Assembly (NCBI GenBank): GCA_963674735.2
Contig: CAXXQS010000002.1
Location: forward strand, 32,001 to 96,000
Direction of reading: 5' to 3'
Length of the DNA: 64,000 bases
From: Myxococcota bacterium
GTDB lineage: Bacteria; Myxococcota_A; SURF-8
Shown: in pieces, positions 29,623-38,969 of the stretch
Position numbering within the stretch: the stretch's first letter is position 1
Layout: each line of letters begins with the position of its first letter
Program-made: the position numbers and the translations under genes
The notes under the pieces: generated by a model
The model's database searches: none
What the model was told of the DNA's origin: nothing
What the model saw: the letters and a program-made list of their open reading frames with translations, nothing else

Positions 29623-31428
29623 CTATTTGACATACATGTTTTCGATCAAGTCCTGATAGTTTTTCCCGATGGCTTTTCGTTTCATCTTCATGGTGGGGGT
29701 CAACTCGCCGTTTTCCTGCGAAAAACTGTGGTCGATCAGCCGGAATACCTTGATCTGCTCCACCCGCGCGAATTGCTGGTTGTGATGCGAGATCCGTTCT
29801 TTGTACAAGGCCAGCACTTCGGGCTGCGCGACCAGTGTGGCCGGGGTACCGTCCGGCAGGCCTTTTTCCGCGGCCCAGGACTTGAGGGCGTCGAAATCCG
29901 GAACGATCAGAGCCGAGATGAAAGGCCGCCGGTCGCCGATGACAACGATGTTCTCGATGAAACGGTCGCTCATCAGGGCGTTTTCGATATTCTGGGGGGA
30001 GATGTTCTTGCCCCCGGCGGTGATGATCAGATCTTTTTTCCGATCGGTGATTTTCAAAAAGCCGTCCACCAGTTCCCCGATGTCTCCGGTTTTGAACCAG
30101 CCGTCTTCCGTGAAAGTTTCTTTCGTGGCGTCGGGCTTGTTGTAATAGCCTTGCATCACCTGCGGACCCTTGATGAGGATTTCGCCGTCCGCGGCGATTT
30201 TAACCTGCGTGTCGCCGAGCGGCTTACCCACCGTTCCGAAGCGGAAGTGATCGAAGTCGTTGGCGGTAACGGCCGGAGAGGTTTCCGTGAGTCCGTAGGC
30301 TTCGTGGATGGTCATGCCCAGGGCGTTGAAAAACTCGTTGATCTCCCCGGCCAGCGGTCCGCCGCCGGAAATGAGCAGACGGATGGCGTCGGCGCCGAGA
30401 TTTTCGCGGATCTTCTTGAAGACCAGGCGTTCGGCCAGGGCGTGCTGGACGCGCAGGGCGGCGGACGAGTGGCGTTTGTGGATCCGGTCGTTCATGCGGC
30501 GTTTGCCCACATCGAGCGCCCAGTTGAAGAGCTGTTGCTTGCGCGGCGAGGCCGACGCGAGCTTTTCCATGATGCCCCCGTGGATTTTTTCGAACAGGCG
30601 CGGAACCGAAACCACGAAATGCGGGTGGATTTCCTTCATGTTGTCCACCACCGTCAGGGGGCTTTCGGCGAAGTAGAGCGAACCACCAAGGTAGGAAACC
30701 ATGTACCAGCTGGCGGTGCGTTCGAGCACGTGACTCATGGGCAGGAAACTGAGTCCGCACTGCCCTTTCTCGAACATATCTTCGTGCGACAGATAGGCCT
30801 GCTGGATGTTGACCAGAAAATTGAAGTGACTGAGAATCACGCCTTTGGGCGGTCCGGTGGTGCCGGAGGTGTAGATCAGAGTGGCCATCTGGTCGCGGTC
30901 GATGCCGTTGAGGCGGCGGTCGAGCGCCTTCGGTTCGGGATGGCGGCGGCCCAGTTCGATCACCTGATCGAAGTGCAGCACCTGTTCGTCTTCGATACCC
31001 GGAATGGCATCCATGGTGATGATGTGCGTGAGCGTCGGAACCTTGTGGCGCACGTCCAAAACGCGCTTCAGGTGTTCGCGTTCGGCGACGATGACCATGG
31101 ACGAGCCCGAGTCGTTGAGGATGTACTCCGCTTCCACGGACGAATTGGTCGGATAGATCGGGATATCGGCGGCTCCGCAGGACAAGATCGCCAGGTCGGA
31201 TACGCCCCATTCCCAGCGGTTGGGGGAGAATATGGCCACGTGGTCGTTGGCTTTGACGCCCAAAGACATCAATCCCAGTGCGAAGAAACGGACCTTTTCG
31301 TCCATCTCCTTCCAACTGATGGTTTTCCACGCGCCACCCGTTTTCCAGCCGAGAAACGGCCGGTTTGCGAACTCCCGGACATTGGCGAAAAAGATTTCGG
31401 GTAGGTGTCGTTCCTTCACGTCGATCAT
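29623..31428 (-). CDS. Long-chain fatty acid-CoA ligase (AMP-binding)
   Basis: YTSGTTGPPKG, AYGLTETS, GWFKTGDIG, ITDRKKDLIITAGGKNISP, LTPTMK. Confidence 0.93.
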   Translation of the reverse strand: MIDVKERHLPEIFFANVREFANRPFLGWKTGGAWKTISWKEMDEKVRFFALGLMSLGVKANDHVAIFSPNRWEWGVSDLAILSCGAADIPIYPTNSSVEAEYILNDSGSSMVIVAEREHLKRVLDVRHKVPTLTHIITMDAIPGIEDEQVLHFDQVIELGRRHPEPKALDRRLNGIDRDQMATLIYTSGTTGPPKGVILSHFNFLVNIQQAYLSHEDMFEKGQCGLSFLPMSHVLERTASWYMVSYLGGSLYFAESPLTVVDNMKEIHPHFVVSVPRLFEKIHGGIMEKLASASPRKQQLFNWALDVGKRRMNDRIHKRHSSAALRVQHALAERLVFKKIRENLGADAIRLLISGGGPLAGEINEFFNALGMTIHEAYGLTETSPAVTANDFDHFRFGTVGKPLGDTQVKIAADGEILIKGPQVMQGYYNKPDATKETFTEDGWFKTGDIGELVDGFLKITDRKKDLIITAGGKNISPQNIENALMSDRFIENIVVIGDRRPFISALIVPDFDALKSWAAEKGLPDGTPATLVAQPEVLALYKERISHHNQQFARVEQIKVFRLIDHSFSQENGELTPTMKMKRKAIGKNYQDLIENMYVK

Positions 31429-31673
31429 GCGTGTCTCCCGTCCACTCGTAATGGCAAATGAGGTGGAAAGCCGGTACAAGGGCTTATCATTCTTGACTGA
31501 TGATGAGACTTTAGCGCGGAAGTGATCGGGGCACAAGATTTTTTACTCTCGCGCCAAAAAAAGGCGGGGCGGGCGTTTTGCCCAAACCGGGTGTTCCGAG
31601 CAAAGCCTGTCCATCCAGGGCGTTTCAATTCTAAGCTTTTCACCGTTTTCCACCCACGATACTTCGGTTTACG

Positions 31674-31749
31674 GGGTGCCATGGGCCAAGCCTTTGGCTT
31701 GCCCATGCTGTTTTCACGGGCAAACCTGACGGTTTAGCCCGTGCCACCC
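31674..31749. repeat. Double-hairpin REP-like element related to the Rhs-array spacer
   Basis: GGGTGCCATGGGCCAAGC..GCTTGCCCATG..CACGGGCAAACC..GGTTTAGCCCGTGCCACCC. Confidence 0.65.
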
Positions 31750-31976
31750 ATCATCAATCAAAGATTGTTCGAGACTAAATCAGAATTGAAACGCCCTACT
31801 GTCCATCATGAAAAAGGTGATCAGAGAGAAAACTTATGCTACGATTCAAACAATCGAGCCGGATGGCTCCCCTATAACCTGGATGCACACGCGTCAAACG
31901 ATCGTTATAACGAGTGCATCGCTCCGACTACAGTTGCCGAATAGAACCGTGTCGATTGAAATTACTGGGAAAACAC

Positions 31977-32492
31977 ATGCAGCCTCAAATCCCGAAACAA
32001 ATTCGTTGGATCCTTATTATCGGGGCGATCGTGACACTGGCCATGCTGGGAAGCTGCTCGTCCGAATCGGACGCGGACGAAATCGCGAGAGTGTTGGCCG
32101 ACCGACTCACGGATAATCTGCGCTTCGAAAACGGCGAACAGGTAGCCGGTGGCCCCCCCGCCTTTCACGAAGGTGAAGACTGGCCGCAGGTTGAATTCGT
32201 CAACCCGCCTAATCTCACGGTTACGCTGGGCGATAGCTTCTTCGTGGATGTCAAGGCCGCCTACGATTTCCCCGAAGAGATCGATGGGGCCATGGTTTGG
32301 GTACAGGGGGCAACGTCACACATCGATATTCGAGATTCGGTGGATGATGAAAGCCTGATCATGCGCTTGCAAGCCGAGCTTTTGCTTGATAAGGAACTAT
32401 CCGGTCAAACCTTCGATCTGTACGTTTCCCTTTACAAAGGGCAAGAAACGGGACTTCACGAAACCTGGCGAATAACCATTCCCGATGAATAA
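31977..32492 (+). CDS. Hypothetical lipoprotein
   Basis: Hydrophobic leader with LGSC lipobox; plausible beta-rich domain. Confidence 0.65.
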   Translation: MQPQIPKQIRWILIIGAIVTLAMLGSCSSESDADEIARVLADRLTDNLRFENGEQVAGGPPAFHEGEDWPQVEFVNPPNLTVTLGDSFFVDVKAAYDFPEEIDGAMVWVQGATSHIDIRDSVDDESLIMRLQAELLLDKELSGQTFDLYVSLYKGQETGLHETWRITIPDE

Positions 32493-32500
32493 GGCTTCCA

Positions 32501-32733
32501 CGCAGGTTCGAGCAGGTCTCTGACCTGCTCGCATAAGGAGAAAGGCGCAAAGCCTGGAGCCCGTCGGAGACGCGCTCCAACCCGGATGTGCATCCTCCGT
32601 CGGAGCAGGGCTCCCGTCCTGCTCTGTTGGTTGTCTTCAAACAAGGCTCTTGCCTTGTTTCCTGCGGGGTCGGTCCGGGTGAAAAGATCAAGACAAACTT
32701 GCGGAGCATGACAGAGCCATGCTCCTGCTTAAA
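32501..32733. repeat. ~232-bp multi-hairpin direct repeat, copy 1
   Basis: Near-identical to 33321-33552; six internal hairpins. Confidence 0.92.
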
Positions 32734-32745
32734 GGAGGAATATAC

Positions 32746-33216
32746 ATGACTTTCATTGGCTTTGTGGGAATGCTAATTTTTTACAACCTAGTATTCATGC
32801 TAATTTACATGATATTACAATTTCCAGTAACGTATGTCCTTCTTCCATTGGCAATAAGGATCGGAGAAGATGGATCTGCCAAGCCTAGATCAAAGATATT
32901 ATTAAAACTAATTTCCATTTTTAACTTCTTTTACAATACACATATTTTTGGAACATGGGCTGCCTTTCTATGCAGTTTTGTAATAGTGATTACTCGCAGC
33001 GACTCTGTTAGTTTTGATTTACTATATTATGTTATAGGATTTTTCTCTTGCGTTGGTGCACCTGGCTATATGGCATCTAAAGGAGAAAAAGAAGGTAATA
33101 GCTACAGCGAAGTTTGGTGCATTCTTTTCAGTGGCATTTCTTTTATTGTTTTTTCTATATTTCCCCAATATATTTGGATATTTGGGTGGATTTTAAACTA
33201 TACTATTTACAAATAG
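32746..33216 (+). CDS. AT-rich four-TM hypothetical protein
   Basis: AAAGGAGG RBS, hydrophobic, much lower GC than flanks. Confidence 0.75.
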   Translation: MTFIGFVGMLIFYNLVFMLIYMILQFPVTYVLLPLAIRIGEDGSAKPRSKILLKLISIFNFFYNTHIFGTWAAFLCSFVIVITRSDSVSFDLLYYVIGFFSCVGAPGYMASKGEKEGNSYSEVWCILFSGISFIVFSIFPQYIWIFGWILNYTIYK

Positions 33217-33229
33217 ATGACGTGCCCTA

Positions 33230-33308
33230 AGCCAAGTAGGTCGGACAAATTCTTTGTCCGACATTATAATCTCCCTTTGTGTCGGACAGAAAATCTGTCC
33301 GACCTACA
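33230..33308. repeat. REPIN-like element (two inverted GTAG-type REPs)
   Basis: Closely similar to 7325-7402. Confidence 0.8.
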
Positions 33309-33320
33309 ATCCTCGTCAAT

Positions 33321-33552
33321 CGCAGGTTCGAGCAGGTCTCTGACCTGCTCGCATAAGGAGAAAGGCGCAAAGTCTGGAGCCCGTCGGAGACGCGCTCCAA
33401 CCCGGATGTGCATCCTCCGTCGGAGCAGGGCTCCCGTCCTGCTCTGTTGGTTGTCTTCAAACAAGGCTCTTGCCTTGTTTCTTGCAGGGCCGGTCCGGGT
33501 GAAAATTCAAGACAAACTTGCGGAGCATGACAGAGCCATGCTCCTGCTTAAA
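33321..33552. repeat. ~232-bp multi-hairpin direct repeat, copy 2
   Basis: Near-identical to 32501-32733; bracketed by ~31-bp direct repeats at 33290-33320 and 33550-33580. Confidence 0.92.
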
Positions 33553-33611
33553 ATCTGTCCAACCTACAATACTCGTCAATCATGACCCGGCCCCCCGTCG
33601 GCCTGCCTCAT

Positions 33612-34115
33612 CTACCCGCGTAGAAGTTTGCGGCAGCGGGTGCGTTCCTTGACCAGCAGGTGTTCGAGTTCCTGAATGCGGCTGCGCAAGCTGCGGTTTT
33701 CCTCGTGTAGATCGACCAGGTGTTTCATCAGGCGCAGTTGCAAGGCCTGGGAATCGGCACTCTCGTCCGGCGCGTCGGCGGGCGATTCGGCCAGCAGGGA
33801 CAGCTCGTCCAGAACATCCCCATCCAAAGACGCAGCGCTGGCCTCGCTTTCGTCGAAATCCGATGGTGCAGCGGCGGCAGGCAGGGCGGCCGAGGCTGCG
33901 CGCTTCAACTCCATGGACCCTTCGCCCGTCATCAGCCAGGTGGGATCGATGGCGAATTCCTCGATGATTTTGGTGAGCAGATCGGCGGGCGGGGTGCGTC
34001 CGGCCTTGTAATTCATGTAAGAACGGTAAGGAATGCCCAATTGTTCAGAGAACGCATTCCCTTTTAGGCCGAAATATTCCCGAATGATCTCAAGACGTTC
34101 TGAAAAAGTGCTCAT
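33612..34115 (-). CDS. XRE/CI-like HTH transcriptional regulator with coiled-coil tail
   Basis: ERLEIIREYFGL..FSEQLGI..Y..GRTPP..IDPTWLMTGEGSM. Confidence 0.85.
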   Translation of the reverse strand: MSTFSERLEIIREYFGLKGNAFSEQLGIPYRSYMNYKAGRTPPADLLTKIIEEFAIDPTWLMTGEGSMELKRAASAALPAAAAPSDFDESEASAASLDGDVLDELSLLAESPADAPDESADSQALQLRLMKHLVDLHEENRSLRSRIQELEHLLVKERTRCRKLLRG

Positions 34116-34468
34116 CTATTCTCTTTTTTGCTTGACGACAATGCCTATTCGTGCAACTCTGGGGCTGTGGTTGATTGAAATATTGCATGATTAGGGTGAT
34201 TGCCATGATGTTTAACCGCAAGAACGAGCCAATTCCGCGCCACTTTTCGCCGGTGAAGAGTCCCAATCAGGTTGTATTCAGGCCTGCACATGCGTTCGAC
34301 TCGATTAAAGTGCTCATTCGTTCAATAAAACCGCTTCACATTGTTCCATACCTTCCGCATTTGGTCAACCCAAAGTTTCCGTTTGTGTCGTTTCACGATT
34401 CGATTGTGGCCCATCCGGGGTCAAGCCCGATTTGCATCGGCGGCCCCAACACCCGAAAGGAGGATGCC

Positions 34469-37003
34469 ATGCGTGCATCGAAAACCCTGCCCCGAAGAAG
34501 CAACGTGAGTCTGGCGACCACCGTGGCGTTGTTCGCGGTCCTGTTTATGATGGTGGTGTCCCTGACGATCCTCATCGGCATGCAGGCGGAAGCGGCCGAA
34601 TGGGGCGAAGTCGCCGTCAGTGGCGCGGCGCTGCTCATTCCCAAAAGCGGCGATCCCGCTCCGCGCGGCACGCAGGACGAGCGCAGCCTGTCGCCCTATT
34701 TCGTGGTGTTGGGCGACGACGTGGAAACCGACGCCCTGCCGCTCAAGCACACGGCCGCCGACGTGGTCATCAGCGGCGTCATCGCCGAGGTGACCGTCAC
34801 GCAGCTTTACGCCAACGACGGCGAGCAGACCCTGGAGGCGATTTACGTCTTTCCCGGTTCCACCCGCGCCGCCGTGCAGGCCATGCGCATGACCATCGGC
34901 GAGCGCCGCATCCAGGCGGACATCAAAAAACGCGCCCAGGCACGCCGTGAGTACGAACAGGCGCGGGCGGACGGCAAGACGGCCGCGCTGCTCGAACAGC
35001 AACGCCCCAACGTCTTTCAGATGAACGTGGCCAATATCCTGCCCGGCGATGAAATCAAGGTGGAGATGGTCTACACCGAGTTGCTGGTGCCGGAAGAGGG
35101 TATCTACGAATTCGTGTACCCGACCGTGGTCGGACCGCGCTACCACAACCAAAGCGCCGCCGACTCGGCCGAGAACGATCGCTGGATCGCCAGTCCCTAC
35201 CTGCCGGAAGGCGAGAAGACGCCCACCACCTTTGCGTTGAACGTCGATCTGCGCGCCGGGATGCCCTTGGCGCGACTGGCCTCGCCCAGCCACGACATCG
35301 AAGCGCGTTTCCACGATTCGAACTCGGCCAGTCTCAGCTTGCCGGAGACGGCGGGAGGCGGCAACAAGGATTTCGTGCTGCGTTACATGCTGGCCGGGGA
35401 TGCGATTCAGAGCGGGCTTTTACTCTATCCCGGCGAAAAGGAACATTTCTTCCTGATGATGATGGAGCCGCCCGAGCGGGTGGAGGCACGGGCCATCGTG
35501 CCGCGCGAGTATATCTTCATCATCGACATCAGCGGCTCGATGCACGGTTTCCCGCTCGATACCACCAAGGCGCTGATGCGCGATCTCTTCGGCTCGCTCA
35601 GCTCCCATGATTATTTCAACGTCATGCTGTTTGCCGGAAGCAACAGCGTCATGTCGCCGCATTCGCTCCCGGCCACGCCCGCCAACATCAACAAGGCCAT
35701 CGCCACCGTGGAGAACCAGCGGGGCGGAGGCGGAACCGAGCTGATCCCGGCGCTGAAACGCGCCCTGGCGCTACCGCAGAAGGAGGGCAGTTCGCGCACG
35801 GTGGTGATCGCCACCGATGGCTATGTCAGTGTGGAAAAGGACGCCTTCGAGTTGATCGCCAACAGCCTGGGCAACGCCAATCTGTTCGCCTTCGGCATCG
35901 GGTCGAGCGTCAACCGTTTCCTGATCGAGGGCATAGCGCGCGCCGGTCTGGGCGAACCCTTCGTGGTGCTCAAGCCTGAAGAAGCCAAGCGGCAGGCGGC
36001 GCGTTTCCGCGAGTACATCGCCTCGCCGGTGCTCACCGATATCCGGGTCGCATTCGACGGGGTGGAGGCCTACGACGTCGAGCCGGTGGCCTTGCCGGAT
36101 CTCTTCGCGCGTCGTCCGCTGGTGCTGTTCGGCAAATACAAGGGTGAGGCCGCCGGAACGATCCGCGTCACGGGCAGCACGGCCGACGGGCGTTTCGAAG
36201 CGGAGATGGAGTTGGAACAGGCCGATGCGTCGGTTGACAACCGTGCTTTGCGGCAATTGTGGGCGCGTAAACGCATCGAGCGCCTGGCCGACATGAACAA
36301 GCTGCAGCCCGACGACAAGCGGGTGGAGCAGGTTACCGAACTCGGCTTGGCCTATTCGCTGCTCACCGACTACACCTCTTTCGTGGCGGTCGATTCGGAA
36401 GTGCGCGGCGACGGGACGTTCCAGAGCGTCAAGCAGCCGTTACCCTTGCCGGAAGGCGTATCCAATCATGCCGTCGGCGCGGCGCTGGGACGTGCGAGCG
36501 CGGCTCCGGCGCTGAAAATGCGTGGCCGTAGCGGCGGTGCGGGATATGGCGGCGGTGGTTTGGGGACTGCAGGAGTTGCGCTGGAAGAAGCCGAAAAGAG
36601 CTGCGACGAGCTTTCCCAAACCGGGATGCCGGATAAGAAAGCGGAAGATCGTCGAGCCGTGAGCGAAAGCCGACCCAAGGCGCGTTTGTCGGTGGCGGCT
36701 ATCGAAGGACCGCTTTCGAAAGCGGCGGCGCTGAAGGTTTTGAAAAAGCAGCAGGCCACGCTCATGCGCTTCTATCGGAAAGAGCTGGCCAAGCTGCCGA
36801 ACCTCAAAGGCGACCTTAAGCTGCGTATCACCCTCGACGCCAAGGGCCGGGTGACGGCGGTCGCGCTGCTGAAGGCCGAGCAAAGCTGGCCCGAACTGGA
36901 GCGTTTCGCGATTCAATGGCTGAAGGCCATGCGCTTCCCGGCCGTGAACGCGAAAAGCGCCGCCGTTTCGGTTTTGACCTGCCGGGTGACGCTGAGTCCG
37001 TAA
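34469..37003 (+). CDS. VIT-vWA domain protein with C-terminal AgmX/TonB-C-like domain
   Basis: VIT motif LEAIYVFP..NVFQMNVANI; MIDAS DISGS; ATDG; TSFVAVD; YRKELAKLPNLKG tail; GGAGG RBS. Confidence 0.85.
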   Translation: MRASKTLPRRSNVSLATTVALFAVLFMMVVSLTILIGMQAEAAEWGEVAVSGAALLIPKSGDPAPRGTQDERSLSPYFVVLGDDVETDALPLKHTAADVVISGVIAEVTVTQLYANDGEQTLEAIYVFPGSTRAAVQAMRMTIGERRIQADIKKRAQARREYEQARADGKTAALLEQQRPNVFQMNVANILPGDEIKVEMVYTELLVPEEGIYEFVYPTVVGPRYHNQSAADSAENDRWIASPYLPEGEKTPTTFALNVDLRAGMPLARLASPSHDIEARFHDSNSASLSLPETAGGGNKDFVLRYMLAGDAIQSGLLLYPGEKEHFFLMMMEPPERVEARAIVPREYIFIIDISGSMHGFPLDTTKALMRDLFGSLSSHDYFNVMLFAGSNSVMSPHSLPATPANINKAIATVENQRGGGGTELIPALKRALALPQKEGSSRTVVIATDGYVSVEKDAFELIANSLGNANLFAFGIGSSVNRFLIEGIARAGLGEPFVVLKPEEAKRQAARFREYIASPVLTDIRVAFDGVEAYDVEPVALPDLFARRPLVLFGKYKGEAAGTIRVTGSTADGRFEAEMELEQADASVDNRALRQLWARKRIERLADMNKLQPDDKRVEQVTELGLAYSLLTDYTSFVAVDSEVRGDGTFQSVKQPLPLPEGVSNHAVGAALGRASAAPALKMRGRSGGAGYGGGGLGTAGVALEEAEKSCDELSQTGMPDKKAEDRRAVSESRPKARLSVAAIEGPLSKAAALKVLKKQQATLMRFYRKELAKLPNLKGDLKLRITLDAKGRVTAVALLKAEQSWPELERFAIQWLKAMRFPAVNAKSAAVSVLTCRVTLSP

Positions 37004-37087
37004 CCGAGTCGAGGCGCAAACGCGCTTAGCTGACAACTGTGTGATAGGCGGTCCGCCTGGGGGCGGGCCGCCGGAAAGGAGGACGCT

Positions 37088-38536
37088 ATGTCGGACGTCC
37101 AGCGGGAGCTTTATGCCAAATTCGAGGAAAAGAAACAAGCCGCCCGGCGCAAACCATTGCTCTACGACCTGAGCCCGATTCCCCGACAGCCTGTAAAACC
37201 GGACGCCGCGCGCCGCGTTCTGGAAGTCCGCGAAGTTCTGTGGGGCGATACCCTGCTTGATGTGCGCCACTCGCGCCGAACGACGCCCGTCACCTTGGGC
37301 GAAGGGGGCGATTGCACCTTTCGGTTGAGCCACGACGATCTGCCCGGCGACGGCTTTCCGCTCGTCACCCCCGACGGGCCGGGGACGGCCTGGCTGGCCT
37401 TTACGCCGTCCATGCAGGGAGTGGTTTTCGATAACGGGGCCGCCACCGACTTGACTCGTTTCATCGACACCGGCGAAGCGCAGGAATGGCGCGGCTTTTT
37501 CCGTCTGCGCTTGGATGCGTCGCGCGCGGCGCTGCTGCGTTTCGGCGGGTTGCAGTATTACATTCATTTCGTTTCGCCCGAAGCGATCCGGCGCGCGCCG
37601 TTCTGGCAGCGTATCGACGGCGTGATGAGTACTTTGATGGCCTTGTTTATTCTGGGCTATCTGCTGACTGCCACCTATCTGAAAATGCTGCCCGCCCCGG
37701 AAGTGGCGGATATCCTCGACGCCCCGCAGCGCTTTGCGCGGCTGGTCATTACCCCGCGCAGTCTGCCCGAGCCTCCGCCGCCCGAGACGCAACGCTTCGC
37801 CCCGACGCCCGCACCCCGCGCGGCGGGAGAAGAGGGACGCATCGGCGAAGACGACGCCTTGCTCGACAAGGCCGACGGCTCCGCCCGGCGACGGCTGGAG
37901 GACGAAAAGGTCGCCAACCACGCGGGCATCCTCGGTGCGTTGGATATGGGCCTGGAAGCCATGGATCGCCTGTTCGGCGGCGGCGGGCTGGGGGCCGGAC
38001 TCGATAAGGTGCTGGGCGAACTGGGACCGCTGTCGGGTCTCGACCAGCGCGGCGCGGGCGGTTTGGGCAGCCGAGGAGCGGGACAGTACGGCGGCGGCGA
38101 CGCGCTCGGCATCGGTGGCATCGGCACACGTGGACGTGGCGGCAAGCGGCACTCGACCTACGGCATCGAGGCGGCGAAGGATGGCGAGAAGCGGTCCGAT
38201 ATGGTGGTTTTGAAAACCGGCAAGCCCAGCTATGAAGGTTCGCTGGATAAGTCGATCATCGAGCGGGTGATGAAACGCTACTTCAATCAGTACCGCTACT
38301 GCTACCAACGCGAACTGAATAAAAACCCGACTCTTTACGGCAAGGTCACGGTCCGTTTCATCATTGCGCCGGACGGGGCGGTGTCGAGCGCCCGCGCGGC
38401 GGTGGACACGGTGGGCAACAGCCGCGTGAATGCCTGTGTGTTGCGTACCGCCAAACGCATGCTCTTTCCCCATCCCAAAAACGGGGGCCGCGTGGTGGTG
38501 ACCTATCCCTTCATCTTCCGTCCGACCGGTGGTTGA
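37088..38536 (+). CDS. AgmX/PglI(GltG)-like TonB-family protein
   Basis: LEV..LWGDTLLDVRH N-terminus, TM, PQRFA, Gly-rich linker, YRYCYQRELNKNPTLYGKV..VTYPFIF. Confidence 0.8.
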   Translation: MSDVQRELYAKFEEKKQAARRKPLLYDLSPIPRQPVKPDAARRVLEVREVLWGDTLLDVRHSRRTTPVTLGEGGDCTFRLSHDDLPGDGFPLVTPDGPGTAWLAFTPSMQGVVFDNGAATDLTRFIDTGEAQEWRGFFRLRLDASRAALLRFGGLQYYIHFVSPEAIRRAPFWQRIDGVMSTLMALFILGYLLTATYLKMLPAPEVADILDAPQRFARLVITPRSLPEPPPPETQRFAPTPAPRAAGEEGRIGEDDALLDKADGSARRRLEDEKVANHAGILGALDMGLEAMDRLFGGGGLGAGLDKVLGELGPLSGLDQRGAGGLGSRGAGQYGGGDALGIGGIGTRGRGGKRHSTYGIEAAKDGEKRSDMVVLKTGKPSYEGSLDKSIIERVMKRYFNQYRYCYQRELNKNPTLYGKVTVRFIIAPDGAVSSARAAVDTVGNSRVNACVLRTAKRMLFPHPKNGGRVVVTYPFIFRPTGG

Positions 38537-38541
38537 TAGTG

Positions 38542-38581
38542 AAACGGGGTGCGGCCGGATCGCGGTCGCACCCCGGTTTTA
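38542..38581 (+). terminator. Rho-independent terminator
   Basis: CGGGGTGCG..CGCACCCCG stem followed by GTTTT. Confidence 0.6.
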
Positions 38582-38656
38582 TCGTGAAAGACGAGAAAGA
38601 AAAAATCACATCGGAGGGTCTCTCCCGACAGTTGTCCCATCGGAAAGAAGCGGGAT

Positions 38657-38905
38657 TCAGCGGCGGCGCATCCGCCAGGCCATCAGCAGGCCGCTGCACG
38701 CCATGAACAGAAATCCCGCAGCCAAGAGCATCCCCACGTAAGGCGCGATGATTTCCCAATTGTGCAGGCCGAGCAGAAATTCCTTGGTGTCTTTTTCATA
38801 ACAGCCGGTTTTGCGAAACAGCAGGAAAAAGCCGGTCACGCCGGTGAGAATGAAAAAGGGAGAGAAAAGCAAACCGATACGCCGATGCCAAAGCCGAATC
38901 AACAT
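38657..38905 (-). CDS. Small PepSY-associated TM-helix-like protein
   Basis: WHRRIGL..ILTGVTG, LH.W, SGLLM; AGGAGG RBS. Confidence 0.7.
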   Translation of the reverse strand: MLIRLWHRRIGLLFSPFFILTGVTGFFLLFRKTGCYEKDTKEFLLGLHNWEIIAPYVGMLLAAGFLFMACSGLLMAWRMRRR

Positions 38906-38969
38906 GCCGCATTCCTCCTGGTACGAAATGGATCGAGACCCTAAGTTTAACACGAAACGCGTTCGCCAG

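Noticed and set aside
31808-32116. 102-aa ORF upstream of the lipoprotein
   Set aside because: Overlaps the better-supported 31977-32492 gene in another frame and has no recognisable motif
33612-34115. Prophage repressor indicating a prophage
   Set aside because: No S24 peptidase domain, integrase or phage genes nearby
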